Assembly: GCA_041686485.1 (NCBI GenBank)
Contig: JAWLDT010000006.1
Coordinates: 1,669-65,668 of the forward strand
DNA: 64,000 nucleotides
Direction of reading: 5' to 3'
From: Bacteroidales bacterium
GTDB taxonomy: Bacteria; Bacteroidota; Bacteroidia; Bacteroidales; UBA7960
The translations under genes and the position numbers were made by a program. Under the pieces are notes generated by a model. That model searched no databases, was not told the DNA's origin, and was given only the letters and a program-made list of their open reading frames with translations. Below, in pieces: positions 38,723 through 48,201 of the stretch. Each line of letters begins with the position of its first letter. The stretch's first letter is position 1.

Positions 38723-40039
38723 TCAGGGAAACAATATACCCTTGAAGTCACCTACCGGCACCTTTGGAACCGAGGCATTGCAGGTGTGGTTTATGGCGGT
38801 GATAAATTCGTTGGCCACAATGGCGTTCCCACGCGCGGTAAGATGAATACCATCCAGTGAGAATACACCGCCGCTGATATAATCATTGCTGAAGGCTATG
38901 GCGTCAAAGTAAATACCGCTTTCAGCTTCTGACAAGAGGGTGTGGACGTCAACATGGGCCAGACCATGTTGGTTGGCCGCTGTTTCAATAACATCATTAT
39001 ACGCCGTTACGGCCTCTTGTACCTCAATGATCTGTTCTTCCGAGAGGTAATATTCCTGCGGTATGGGAACCATTGTACCCCATCCATCTTCTTCGACTTT
39101 TTCCATTGGCAGGCTGAGCAACACAAGCTCATCACTGGTAAGGTGCCTGAAGCCGGCTTCGTGCTCTTCGTCGGCCACCAGAAAGGCATTGTTCCCTGTT
39201 GCAAAATGTATATGCGGCAATTGGGCATACGCATCGTTAAGCGCATTTACTACTGCTTCATCCCCGATTTCCAGGGCATTGTACGGAATGGTGCTAAAAA
39301 AAGGGGTGCCGGTAATATCCACGATATTGGCAATGGCTCCCCGGGCATCGCTGGCGGTAAGCTGGTTTATGATCAGCTCCAGGGTAACCGAAAAGCTGGT
39401 CACTGGTGTGATGCCATCACCCTCACCGCCACTGGTCGCAAAATTCAGGATGTCGTTGCTTCCTGCCCACAAAGTAAAGAAGGTGGGGTTCATGTCCGTA
39501 GCATCAGCAAGCATGGTTGCTGATGTGGGGTCAGAGGCGAAACGTCCAAAGTAAGGGTTAAGTATTCCATATCCCGGTATGAGCATATGCTGGACCTTTG
39601 CACCAGGAACACCCATATTGTGAAATGGCCCTTCAGCCGGATAGATGTTGTCAAAATTTCCGGGATCGGGATCGCCAGGCATGTCGACAGGCATTAACTC
39701 ACCATTCATTTCCTGCAGGACCAAACGGTTTCCAAAACCCAGCTCGTCATTCATCAATGGTTGATTAAAGGAGGTGAGCCCAACATGCTGAAACTGATCC
39801 GCCAGGATGTTAGGAAAACTATTTTCCTGGCCGCTTTTGTAAAGGTCACCATTGGCAAAGCCGGCTGTGAGTGAGTTGCCAACGGCAACATACGTGGAGA
39901 AATCTGCTTCTCCCGGATCGGGTGTGTATGTCTCGATGTCTGCCTCACAGGCAACAAATATCGTTATGAACCATAGAACGGGAATGACCCTGGCGTGTTT
40001 TTTTATCAAAAAAATAAATGTAGCTATCATGTGTCTCAA
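38723..40039 (-). CDS. SGNH/GDSL-family hydrolase lipoprotein
   Basis: 438 aa with a lipobox (…ITIFVAC) and a block I VAVGNSLTAGF (GDSL-type Ser). It lies immediately downstream of a FadL-like porin gene. Confidence 0.7.
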   Translation of the reverse strand: MRHMIATFIFLIKKHARVIPVLWFITIFVACEADIETYTPDPGEADFSTYVAVGNSLTAGFANGDLYKSGQENSFPNILADQFQHVGLTSFNQPLMNDELGFGNRLVLQEMNGELMPVDMPGDPDPGNFDNIYPAEGPFHNMGVPGAKVQHMLIPGYGILNPYFGRFASDPTSATMLADATDMNPTFFTLWAGSNDILNFATSGGEGDGITPVTSFSVTLELIINQLTASDARGAIANIVDITGTPFFSTIPYNALEIGDEAVVNALNDAYAQLPHIHFATGNNAFLVADEEHEAGFRHLTSDELVLLSLPMEKVEEDGWGTMVPIPQEYYLSEEQIIEVQEAVTAYNDVIETAANQHGLAHVDVHTLLSEAESGIYFDAIAFSNDYISGGVFSLDGIHLTARGNAIVANEFITAINHTCNASVPKVPVGDFKGILFP

Positions 40040-40082
40040 TTTGCGTTGTTGTGTAATAGTAATGTGGTTTTGAAAAACTGTA

Positions 40083-41312
40083 TCATAATTGGTAGCTTAT
40101 TCCGAGCCCGGGGATTAAGATCCTGGACTTATAAGTGCCGCCGAAGTCTTCAAGCTTATACACACCTTCATCCTCCAGCCCCATGATGAACAAGAGGCTG
40201 GCATCAACACTCAGACGGGAATCAGGAGCAAATGAGAGTCCTCCGGTAAAGGCCAGGTTATCCAGGCTTGGCGTTTCGGGTGTGAAGTAATCCTCATGCA
40301 CGGGCGAAGGGTCAAAGTAGGTACCTGCCCGGGCAGTGAATAAGTCATTGATTTTGTATTCCCCACCCAACCGTATGATCAGGGTGTTGCTATACTCCCG
40401 TGGGTTTTCACTGTCCTGAAGCATATCGGTATTGTCTTCAAAGTCAAACGCAAGTTCTTCATAGGTGTTCCAGAAAACATAGTTAAGGTTCAGGCCTATC
40501 ATCAGCTCAGGAGTTGCCTGGTAAGACGCACCGGCATCCAGGTTGGCCGGAAGCGGTAACTGCATGCTTACATTTGTGGGAGAGGGGAATCCTGCTGTTA
40601 ATGATGGTGGAACGACAAAAGTGGCCTGGCCATCGTCAACATCCATCTCAATTTCAGAGCGATAACTAACGCCAACAGCGATACCTGACGGATGTGTAAA
40701 CTGGATTCCTGCATTGAAGCCATAATTGGCGGTATTCCCTTCGATATTAACCCGGCCCTCGCCATCCGGACCATTCAATGGCAAAGCCCGCTCCAGTTCT
40801 ACTGCCCCCAGGGCATAGACAAAACCGGCACCGACAGACAGGTATTCGAAAAGACGATAGGAGAGGGTGGGCTGGATGGTTATAGCCTGCAAAGAAATGT
40901 CCTGTATCAGAAAACGGCCTGCCCAGCTATCTTCCCAGGTAAGGTTATTGCCAAAAGGGGTATTTACCGCAACACCCGCTGCCAGTTTGTCGGTGAGTTT
41001 TGCTGCACCGTAAAAATGAAAAGGAGTGCCTGGCGGGTTTTCTGTACTTGCCTGATAGAGGGAGGGCTGTTCCATTTGGTACGTTATATCGGAAAAAATA
41101 CCGTTGATACCTCCTGTCACACTAACATCATGTGGCATCATGGCCAGGCCGCCCGGATTAAAAAAGGCTGCACTGGCATCCATGTGCAGCGAAGTGCCTA
41201 TCAGGCCCATGCCTGTTTGTTTCTGGCCGTGGAGGCTTACCTGATAACCTCCTGCCATTGATGAATTTACAGCCAGTAATAAAAGAAGAAGGCTGATCAT
41301 TGGTTTTTGCAT
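40083..41312 (-). CDS. Outer-membrane transport protein, FadL/OmpP1/TodX family
   Basis: The start is set at ATG 41312 (MQKPMISLLLLLLAVNSSMAGGYQV…), giving a signal peptide. GYQVSLHGQKQTGMG is a typical FadL-family N-terminus, and the C-terminus ends in an aromatic-rich barrel motif. Confidence 0.75.
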   Translation of the reverse strand: MQKPMISLLLLLLAVNSSMAGGYQVSLHGQKQTGMGLIGTSLHMDASAAFFNPGGLAMMPHDVSVTGGINGIFSDITYQMEQPSLYQASTENPPGTPFHFYGAAKLTDKLAAGVAVNTPFGNNLTWEDSWAGRFLIQDISLQAITIQPTLSYRLFEYLSVGAGFVYALGAVELERALPLNGPDGEGRVNIEGNTANYGFNAGIQFTHPSGIAVGVSYRSEIEMDVDDGQATFVVPPSLTAGFPSPTNVSMQLPLPANLDAGASYQATPELMIGLNLNYVFWNTYEELAFDFEDNTDMLQDSENPREYSNTLIIRLGGEYKINDLFTARAGTYFDPSPVHEDYFTPETPSLDNLAFTGGLSFAPDSRLSVDASLLFIMGLEDEGVYKLEDFGGTYKSRILIPGLGISYQL

Positions 41313-41436
41313 AATAAATGGTTTTGAATCGTTGACATTGAAAATGTGGTGCAAGATATAAAAAACACAGGCTTAAAACAAATGTTTATAAGCATAATCG
41401 ATTTCATGGCGTAAGGAGGTGTTGACTGGCAAGCAA

Positions 41437-43056
41437 CTAATAATTAAAACTGCTGCCACCGATAAATTCTCTAAGAATGCTGGTTGGGGGAATGTCTTTG
41501 GGATCTATGGGGGTTAGCAGGCCAAGCATTCGGTTCAAACGTTTTACTTCATTGCGTACCATGTCATTTTCTGCTTTTGCGGGATGTATGACCGTTGGTG
41601 CATAATGGGCAAAAACGGCCGGTTCGTAAATCAGGGCGGAATTGAAGAATGCGTGTGCTTTCTCCTGGAAGGGAAAAATACTCTGGGCTTCATTCTGCAT
41701 CACATCCGGCCAGCGGCAAATGGTTTCGTTGAAGTCATACCCCCGGAAGAGATGATCCCTTACAAGGCGGCGTACAAGCCGGTGATCAGAGGTGGACAGT
41801 GGAAGATGGTCATGGATATTCAGGGTGCTCAGAGCCGAAACATACAGCCGGTAAGACGCAACATCCATCATATTGTGCCACAATTCAGGGTTTAGACCGT
41901 GAATGCCTTCTACGATGATGTAGGTGTCTTTTCCAATCCGGGTTGCTTCCTTTTCGGGCCTGGCACCTTCCCCGTCGAAATGGTATTTGGGTAAGTGTAC
42001 CGCCTTGCCGGCCAGCAAGTCATTGATGTTTTCCCGAAACAGCTCCAGGTCAAGGGCTGTTATGAGCTCAAAATTTTTCATGCCTGTCTCCGGATCCTTC
42101 GCAATCTCACTGTGCGGCAGATAGTAGTTATCCAAAGAGAGCATGATGACCTCTTTTTTCATGACCTTGAGCTCCAGGGAAAGACGATGTGCGGAAGTTG
42201 TCTTACCCGAAGAGGTTGGCCCTGCCAGTAGGATGACCCTGGGATGATCGGGATGTGTTAATATGTCGTCCGTGATACGGGAAATACGTCGTGCCTGCCA
42301 GGTTTCAGAGAGTTTGACAAACTCAGGGAGCCTGCCCTCACGGATAACATCATTGAGTTGGGCAAAATTTTCAATGCCCAGATGTTTCATTGTCTCTTCA
42401 CTCTCATAAAAACCCTGAAAATATTTGCTTTGCTCTGGTTTCTCCGGCATTACCCTGTCAAAAAAATCAGGGTCAGCGATCAGGAAAAAGCCGTCCTCAC
42501 AGGAAAGAAGCCTGAAGTCATGCTGGAAATGTTTGTGATTGCCGTTAATATGATTCAGCAGCAACTCGCCATACCCATTCAGATGAGCCAACCGGAGACC
42601 TTCCGGTTCATCCTCCGGTTCCTTTGAGTTTAAGAGGTGAACGATATCGTGGCGGTTATTTTTTTCAAAATAACCATGCAACCTGTCACGGTCCAGCACC
42701 TCATGTTTAAACTCCTCCCCCGAATTGATCATTGCCCGGATGCGATGACAGATGCGATCCAGCTCCTCCCGGCTCACCCGGTAATCTTTGAAATACCCGT
42801 ATACGCCGCCGGGGATCGAGTATGCTATATAATACGGTTTGTTATTTAACTCTATACAGGCAGCCTTGTTGAACATAAGCAACAGGGGTTCCATGATGTT
42901 CCTGAATGAGAGTTTCAGGGCATCCGGACAAATAGCAGGGGAAATGGATGTACTTTTGTCTTTCCGGGTCATGCAGCGCAGCTTCTCTGGCAAATGTGAT
43001 GACAAACGCAATTGTTTACCAAAGGCAAAGGTAATGATTTCCTGACATATGGGCAT
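41437..43056 (-). CDS. Uridine kinase/phosphoribulokinase-family nucleoside kinase with a long N-terminal domain
   Basis: 539 aa. It has a P-loop (LLAGPTSSGKTT) followed by …IVEGIHGLNPE…, as in Udk-family kinases. The start is uncertain, with internal Met candidates. Confidence 0.6.
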   Translation of the reverse strand: MPICQEIITFAFGKQLRLSSHLPEKLRCMTRKDKSTSISPAICPDALKLSFRNIMEPLLLMFNKAACIELNNKPYYIAYSIPGGVYGYFKDYRVSREELDRICHRIRAMINSGEEFKHEVLDRDRLHGYFEKNNRHDIVHLLNSKEPEDEPEGLRLAHLNGYGELLLNHINGNHKHFQHDFRLLSCEDGFFLIADPDFFDRVMPEKPEQSKYFQGFYESEETMKHLGIENFAQLNDVIREGRLPEFVKLSETWQARRISRITDDILTHPDHPRVILLAGPTSSGKTTSAHRLSLELKVMKKEVIMLSLDNYYLPHSEIAKDPETGMKNFELITALDLELFRENINDLLAGKAVHLPKYHFDGEGARPEKEATRIGKDTYIIVEGIHGLNPELWHNMMDVASYRLYVSALSTLNIHDHLPLSTSDHRLVRRLVRDHLFRGYDFNETICRWPDVMQNEAQSIFPFQEKAHAFFNSALIYEPAVFAHYAPTVIHPAKAENDMVRNEVKRLNRMLGLLTPIDPKDIPPTSILREFIGGSSFNY

Positions 43057-43173
43057 AATAAGGTTGTTTAAGTTATGCTAAATGGTGCTTTATTATTGTA
43101 CATTTGAGAAAATTGATGTAGGTTTGCCATGCAATCATATCTGAAATTGTAAACACATATAAAACATTCGAGC

Positions 43174-44160
43174 ATGACTGATCTATCAACCTCCTACATG
43201 GGACTTCAGCTGAGTAGCCCGCTGATAGTCGGCAGTTCCGGCCTTACTAAAAACATTAAGAATCTTGAAGTGTTTGAGCAAAACGGTGCCGGCGCTGTGG
43301 TATTAAAATCGCTGTTTGAAGAGCAGATAAAATTTGAGGTGCGAAAAGTCTTTTCTTATGAAGAATCCCAGAGTGCTTACACCGAAGCCGAAGATTATAT
43401 CAGGAATTATGCCCGTGAACATACACTGGACGAATACCTGAACCTGATTCAGGATGCCAAAAAGAAGTTGTCGATACCTGTTATTGCCAGTATTAATTGT
43501 ACCAGTGCACAAGAATGGCCCGCTTTTGCCAGAAATATCGAAAAAGCCGGCGCAGATGCGCTTGAGTTGAATGTCTTTTTGCTTCCGGCCGATCCTTCCC
43601 AAAATGCAGCCGATTACGAAAAACGCTATTTCGAAATCGTGGAAAATGTAAAGAAGGAGATCAGTATTCCAATCTCGCTGAAAATCTCTTCCTATTTCTC
43701 CGGTTTGGCCGGTATGATAAAACAGCTTTCCTGGTCCGGGGTGCAGGGTATCGTGCTCTTTAACCGCTTTTTTAACCCTGATATTGATATCAATAAACAA
43801 ACCATAAAAGCCTCGAACCTTTATAGCAATCCCTCTGAAATCAGCAATTCGCTGCGCTGGATCGCCATCCTTTCCGACAATGTGAAGACCGACCTGTGTG
43901 CGTCAACCGGTATCCACGACAGTGACGGGGTTATTAAACAGCTGATGGCAGGCGCCAAAGCTGTTCAGCTCTGCTCGGCACTTTATATACATGGGAACGA
44001 TTACCTGGGGACCGTCCATAAAGGCCTCATTGACTGGATGGAGAAGAATGGCCATAAGCGCATTTCAGATTTTCAGGGTGTCATGAGCCAAAAAATGTCC
44101 AGGAATCCGGCCGCTTACCTGCGCGTCCAGTTTATGAAACATTTTGCCGGCATCGAATAA
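43174..44160 (+). CDS. Dihydroorotate dehydrogenase-like (class 1 DHOD fold) protein
   Basis: 328 aa, TIM-barrel DHOD-like pattern (…PLIVGSSGLT…, …IPVIASINC…, …ELNVF…, …GIVLFNRF…). Confidence 0.65.
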   Translation: MTDLSTSYMGLQLSSPLIVGSSGLTKNIKNLEVFEQNGAGAVVLKSLFEEQIKFEVRKVFSYEESQSAYTEAEDYIRNYAREHTLDEYLNLIQDAKKKLSIPVIASINCTSAQEWPAFARNIEKAGADALELNVFLLPADPSQNAADYEKRYFEIVENVKKEISIPISLKISSYFSGLAGMIKQLSWSGVQGIVLFNRFFNPDIDINKQTIKASNLYSNPSEISNSLRWIAILSDNVKTDLCASTGIHDSDGVIKQLMAGAKAVQLCSALYIHGNDYLGTVHKGLIDWMEKNGHKRISDFQGVMSQKMSRNPAAYLRVQFMKHFAGIE

Positions 44161-44391
44161 CCTGCCCTGAACCTTCAACTTCTGCCCTATATCCGCATAT
44201 GTCAGCAAACATGGGGATAATAGCCCTTTAATGATTTTTAACACGGTTATATTTGTATATAAGCAAGTATTGATATATCTTTATGCTTTGAATTTGCAAC
44301 ACAATTTTAAAAAACAGAAGCCTGAAAATCAGTAAATTACTACTAAAGCAATGAAGCTTTTTGATCATTTTCACGTGTTAATCTGTTCAAA

Positions 44392-44889
44392 ATGGGAAAT
44401 CAAAACAGAAACAAAAACAAAAACAACATTAACATGAGAGAAACTATGAAGTCTAAAAAAGTGTGGCCTCTGATAGTGGCATTGGCAATCATCGGCGGTG
44501 CTTTTGCGTTCCACGCCTTATTTTTTGGTGCCGGGAATGGTGACGTACGTGCCGGTAATTCTTCCGCTTCCTCAGAATATATTGCCGACCTCGATGCAGG
44601 TAGTTTTGAGGAGGCTATTGAAGATGGTGTGGTACTGGTTGATTTTTGGGCTACCTGGTGTGCGCCCTGCCGGACACAAGGACCGATTCTCGAAGACCTT
44701 GCCGCGGAAGTGCATGAAGTGGCCAATATCACCAAACTGGATGTTGATGACCATGGTGCCATTGCTGCCCGTTACGGGGTCAGGGCAATCCCCACGTTGA
44801 TCCTTTTCAGGAATGGTGAGGAGGTAGAGCGTTTTCAGGGTGTGCAGCAAAAAGAGACCCTGAAGAATGCCATAGAAAAACATGTATAA
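44392..44889 (+). CDS. Thioredoxin-family protein with an N-terminal membrane anchor or signal
   Basis: It has a WCAPC active site (DFWATWCAPCRTQGP) preceded by a hydrophobic segment (VWPLIVALAIIGGAFAF). The start is uncertain; MRETMKSKK… is an alternative. Confidence 0.8.
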   Translation: MGNQNRNKNKNNINMRETMKSKKVWPLIVALAIIGGAFAFHALFFGAGNGDVRAGNSSASSEYIADLDAGSFEEAIEDGVVLVDFWATWCAPCRTQGPILEDLAAEVHEVANITKLDVDDHGAIAARYGVRAIPTLILFRNGEEVERFQGVQQKETLKNAIEKHV

Positions 44890-44921
44890 ATTATATAAAC
44901 CCTATTTAGTGAATTCGTATT

Positions 44922-45278
44922 ATGGAAAATCTGACAAAAGAAGCATTTAAAGAGAAAGTATTTGATTTTGAAAACAACAAGGAATGGAAATTTGAAGGCG
45001 ATAAGCCTGCCATCATTGACTTTTATGCAGACTGGTGTGCGCCTTGCCGCACCCTTACACCGGTGATGGAGGAACTCTCTGATGAGTATGACGGCAAAGT
45101 AGATATCTACAAGCTGGATACAGAACAGGAGCAGGAACTTGCCGGGATGTTTGGTATCCGCAGCATTCCATCCATATTGTTTATACCGGTTGACGGGCAG
45201 CCGCAGATGGCTACCGGCGCGTTGCCGAAAGAATCTCTGAAGAAAGCTATTGAAGACGTCCTTCAGGTCCCTGCCTGA
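44922..45278 (+). CDS. Thioredoxin
   Basis: 118 aa, with no signal peptide and a WCAPC active site (DFYADWCAPCRTLTP). Confidence 0.85.
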   Translation: MENLTKEAFKEKVFDFENNKEWKFEGDKPAIIDFYADWCAPCRTLTPVMEELSDEYDGKVDIYKLDTEQEQELAGMFGIRSIPSILFIPVDGQPQMATGALPKESLKKAIEDVLQVPA

Positions 45279-45304
45279 GCTGTTTCATTCTAGCATGTCA
45301 ATTC

Positions 45305-45595
45305 ATGGATACTGTTAAGACAGAAAGCAATCGATCTGCGGGCAAACCCGAAAGTTCGCAGAATCGCAAATGGTGGCACTTCCCCCGGCGTGTGGAACGT
45401 GTTCAATATGTATGGGTGGTTGGTATTTTTACGCTCATCGGTGTGATGGGCGGATATGCCTACTATTTCTTTATTGGCTGTAACACGGGGGGGTGTGCCA
45501 TTACCTCCAGCCCTTACCTGAGTATCCTTTGGGGTGGATTGCTTGGTTATCTTGTGCCCGATTTTTTTGTGAAGGAGACACCCCGGGAGCAATAA
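45305..45595 (+). CDS. Small membrane protein with a CxxGGC motif (hypothetical)
   Basis: 96 aa with two TM-like segments around …YFFIGCNTGGCAITSSPY…. It is co-oriented directly after the two thioredoxin genes. Both the start and the reality of the gene are moderately uncertain. Confidence 0.45.
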   Translation: MDTVKTESNRSAGKPESSQNRKWWHFPRRVERVQYVWVVGIFTLIGVMGGYAYYFFIGCNTGGCAITSSPYLSILWGGLLGYLVPDFFVKETPREQ

Positions 45596-45599
45596 CCGA

Positions 45600-46679
45600 T
45601 TATTTTGGCGCCATTTTGAGAAGGTAAATGCCCAGGATGCCAAACAGGATGTTGGGAATCCACACGGCCATCATGGGGTGCAGATTGCCTTGTGTGCCGA
45701 ATGTGGTGGCGATCTCCATAAACAGGATAAAGGCAAAACTCAGGGTAATGCCTGCCCCCAGATGAATCCCGATACCACCTTTTACTTTTTGACTGGACAA
45801 TGCCAGGCCGATGATCGTGAGCACCAGGGTCGAAAAGGGGAACGCCAGCCGGCGATGTTTTTCGACTTCATAAAACCGAACGGCCTCGGAGCCCTTCAAT
45901 CGCTCGTTGGCGATGACGGCATTTAGCTCCCTGAAGTTCATTGTTTCCATGTCCTTCAGGTTTTGGATAAAGTCTTCAGGACCGAAAGGCAATATGGTAT
46001 CCATCTCTCTGCCGAAACTGAGTTTCTCCTCCAGGTTGACAATCTCACGTATATTATAGTTTTTGATGGTCCAGTTGCCCTCTTCCTCATTATATTGGGC
46101 CCGGTCGGCCATCATCTTATATTCAAGTTCACCTTCTTCAATTTTTTCAAGGGTAAACCGGTGTCCCTGATAGGTTTTTTCATTAAAGGATTCAAGGTAA
46201 ATAAATATTCCCGGCCTTACCTGCATGTGAATATTTCGGCCCCGGAATGTGTCGGGCGGTTTCACGTAGGTATATTCAAATTCCAGCCGTTTTTCATTTG
46301 CCGGCGGTATGACCACGTTGGTCAGGTAAACGGAAATTAATGACAGTAGAATGGCTGACAGGATGTAAGGGACCAGCAGTCTCCGGAAACTCACCCCGGC
46401 ACTAAGGATGGCAATGATCTCTGTATTAAAGGCCATCCGTGAAGTAAAAAAAACAACTGTAATAAAGGTGAACAGCGGGCTGAACAAATTGATGAAGTAG
46501 GGGATGAAGTTTACGTAGTACACCAGTATCACATCCCGGAAAGGTGCCTGATTTTCAATGAAGTTATCGATTTTCTCTGACAGGTCAAACACCACCACGA
46601 TCAGGATGATCAGGGTAATGGCATATACGAATGTCCCCAGGAATTTGCGGATGATATATATATCCAGCTTTTTTAACAT
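45600..46679 (-). CDS. LptF/LptG-family LPS export permease
   Basis: 359 aa. The N-terminal MLKKLDIYIIRKFLGTFVYAITLI… is the YjgP/YjgQ family signature. It has 6 TM helices with a large periplasmic loop. Confidence 0.8.
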   Translation of the reverse strand: MLKKLDIYIIRKFLGTFVYAITLIILIVVVFDLSEKIDNFIENQAPFRDVILVYYVNFIPYFINLFSPLFTFITVVFFTSRMAFNTEIIAILSAGVSFRRLLVPYILSAILLSLISVYLTNVVIPPANEKRLEFEYTYVKPPDTFRGRNIHMQVRPGIFIYLESFNEKTYQGHRFTLEKIEEGELEYKMMADRAQYNEEEGNWTIKNYNIREIVNLEEKLSFGREMDTILPFGPEDFIQNLKDMETMNFRELNAVIANERLKGSEAVRFYEVEKHRRLAFPFSTLVLTIIGLALSSQKVKGGIGIHLGAGITLSFAFILFMEIATTFGTQGNLHPMMAVWIPNILFGILGIYLLKMAPK

Positions 46680-46731
46680 TCCGCCTGATACCCTCTTTAA
46701 TTTCAGTATTTGGTACTACAAATTAACGGGT

Positions 46732-46739
46732 CAAAGATA
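46732..46739 (-). promoter_or_regulatory. -7 promoter box TATCTTTG upstream of lptF/G
   Basis: Reverse complement of caaagata, 52 nt upstream of ATG 46679 and just after the tgt stop. Confidence 0.4.
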
Positions 46740-46747
46740 CGCTTATT

Positions 46748-47878
46748 TTACAATCGTTGTGCCAGTCTGGCACACATGGTATGCTTCCAGGCGGCGAACT
46801 GACCCTTTTCGATCCGGTTTCTCGCTTCTTTTACCAGCCACATGTAAAAACGCAGGTTGTGTATAGTGGCGAGCATGGGTCCCAGCATTTCGCCTGACAC
46901 AAACAAGTGACGCAGGTATGCTTTGCTATATCGCTGATCCGCAAAAGTGTCGCCTTCCGGATCAATAGGGGAGAAGTCTGTTTCCCATTTTTTATTTCTG
47001 ATGTTGATAATCCCTTCGCGGGTAAAAAGCATACCGTTGCGGGCATTGCGGGTCGGCATTACACAGTCGAACATGTCTACCCCCAGGGCGATGCATTCCA
47101 GGATGTTGACTGGTGTCCCCACCCCCATGAGGTAGCGTGCTTTATCTTCCGGCAGGATGTCGCATACCAGTTCCGTCATCTCATACATGACCTCAGCCGG
47201 TTCGCCAACGGAAAGGCCGCCAATGGCATTGCCTGCACGATTGCAGTCGCTGACAAACCGGGCTGAAGCTTCCCGCAGGTCTTTATACGTACTGCCCTGA
47301 ACAATGGGAAACAAGGACTGACTATAGCCATAATGCCCTTCCGTATTGTCAAAATGCGTACAGCATCGCTCCAGCCAGTCATGGGTCAGTTTCATTGATT
47401 TGGATGCGTATTGGTAATCACACGGGTAGGGTGTACATTCATCAAAGGCCATGATGATATCGGCACCGATGTCACGCTGGATGTCTATCACCTTTTCCGG
47501 GGTGAAGAAATGACGTGACCCGTCGATGTGCGACTGAAAAGTAACGCCTTCCTGTGTGATCTTTCTGCGTTCCGTGAGCGAGTATACCTGGTAGCCACCG
47601 CTGTCAGTCAGGACAGGCTGCTCCCACGACATAAACCGGTGTATGCCTCCTGCCTTCCGCAGGATATCCATGCCCGGCCGCTGGTACAGGTGATAGGTAT
47701 TGCCAAGGATGATATCAGGCTGCACCTGTTCCTCCAGGTCTTTATAATGAATGGCTTTCACCGTGGCGCCCGTGCCTACCGGCATAAAAATGGGCGTCTC
47801 AATCCGGCCATGATCCGTGGTGATAATCCCCGCACGCGCTTTACTGTTCTGATCCCTATTAGCAACCTTAAACTTCAT
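46748..47878 (-). CDS. tgt: tRNA-guanine transglycosylase (queuine tRNA-ribosyltransferase)
   Basis: MKFKVANRDQNSKARAGIITTDHGRIETPIFMPVGT… and …LTDSGGYQV… are Tgt signatures. The start is set at ATG 47878 because a promoter box lies within the longer ORF (to 47950). Confidence 0.95.
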   Translation of the reverse strand: MKFKVANRDQNSKARAGIITTDHGRIETPIFMPVGTGATVKAIHYKDLEEQVQPDIILGNTYHLYQRPGMDILRKAGGIHRFMSWEQPVLTDSGGYQVYSLTERRKITQEGVTFQSHIDGSRHFFTPEKVIDIQRDIGADIIMAFDECTPYPCDYQYASKSMKLTHDWLERCCTHFDNTEGHYGYSQSLFPIVQGSTYKDLREASARFVSDCNRAGNAIGGLSVGEPAEVMYEMTELVCDILPEDKARYLMGVGTPVNILECIALGVDMFDCVMPTRNARNGMLFTREGIINIRNKKWETDFSPIDPEGDTFADQRYSKAYLRHLFVSGEMLGPMLATIHNLRFYMWLVKEARNRIEKGQFAAWKHTMCARLAQRL

Positions 47879-47898
47879 TGGCTGGTGGTAATTTTGTT

Positions 47899-47906
47899 CA
47901 AAGATA
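47899..47906 (-). promoter_or_regulatory. -7 promoter box TATCTTTG for tgt
   Basis: Reverse complement of caaagata, 20 nt upstream of ATG 47878. Confidence 0.5.
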
Positions 47907-48201
47907 GAAACTATTCCCGTCGTTTGTGCTAATTTTGTGCCGGCAGGCATGAAAGACCCGACGGTGTGGGTTTATGGTGAAGTCAAGTGTCAGCCATGCA
48001 CGTAGCCGGGAAAAGTATAAAAATCCCGGGGGGTTTGTCAGTACCTGGGACTTACGAAATGGTTATCTGCCGTGATTGTTGACTGAAAAGGAGTTGTGTA
48101 TTACATCCGGGGAACATGGAATCTGGTACCTGCTGACAGTAAGGGTTGGCTCATCAGGTTCGTTGATATCCCTGGCATTGTTATTCTGAAATTATTGAAA
48201 C

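Noticed and set aside
47951-48201. The 251-bp ORF-free spacer between the divergent tgt and GT2 genes. It has a 6-bp hairpin (48006-48029) and a possible 8-bp long-range stem (48036-48043 with 48131-48138). I checked it as a possible SRP, 6S or other small RNA.
   Set aside because: I could find no SRP (GGAAGCAGCC-type), 6S, tmRNA or riboswitch signature. The stems are short and could arise by chance. It remains unexplained, but the evidence is too weak to call.
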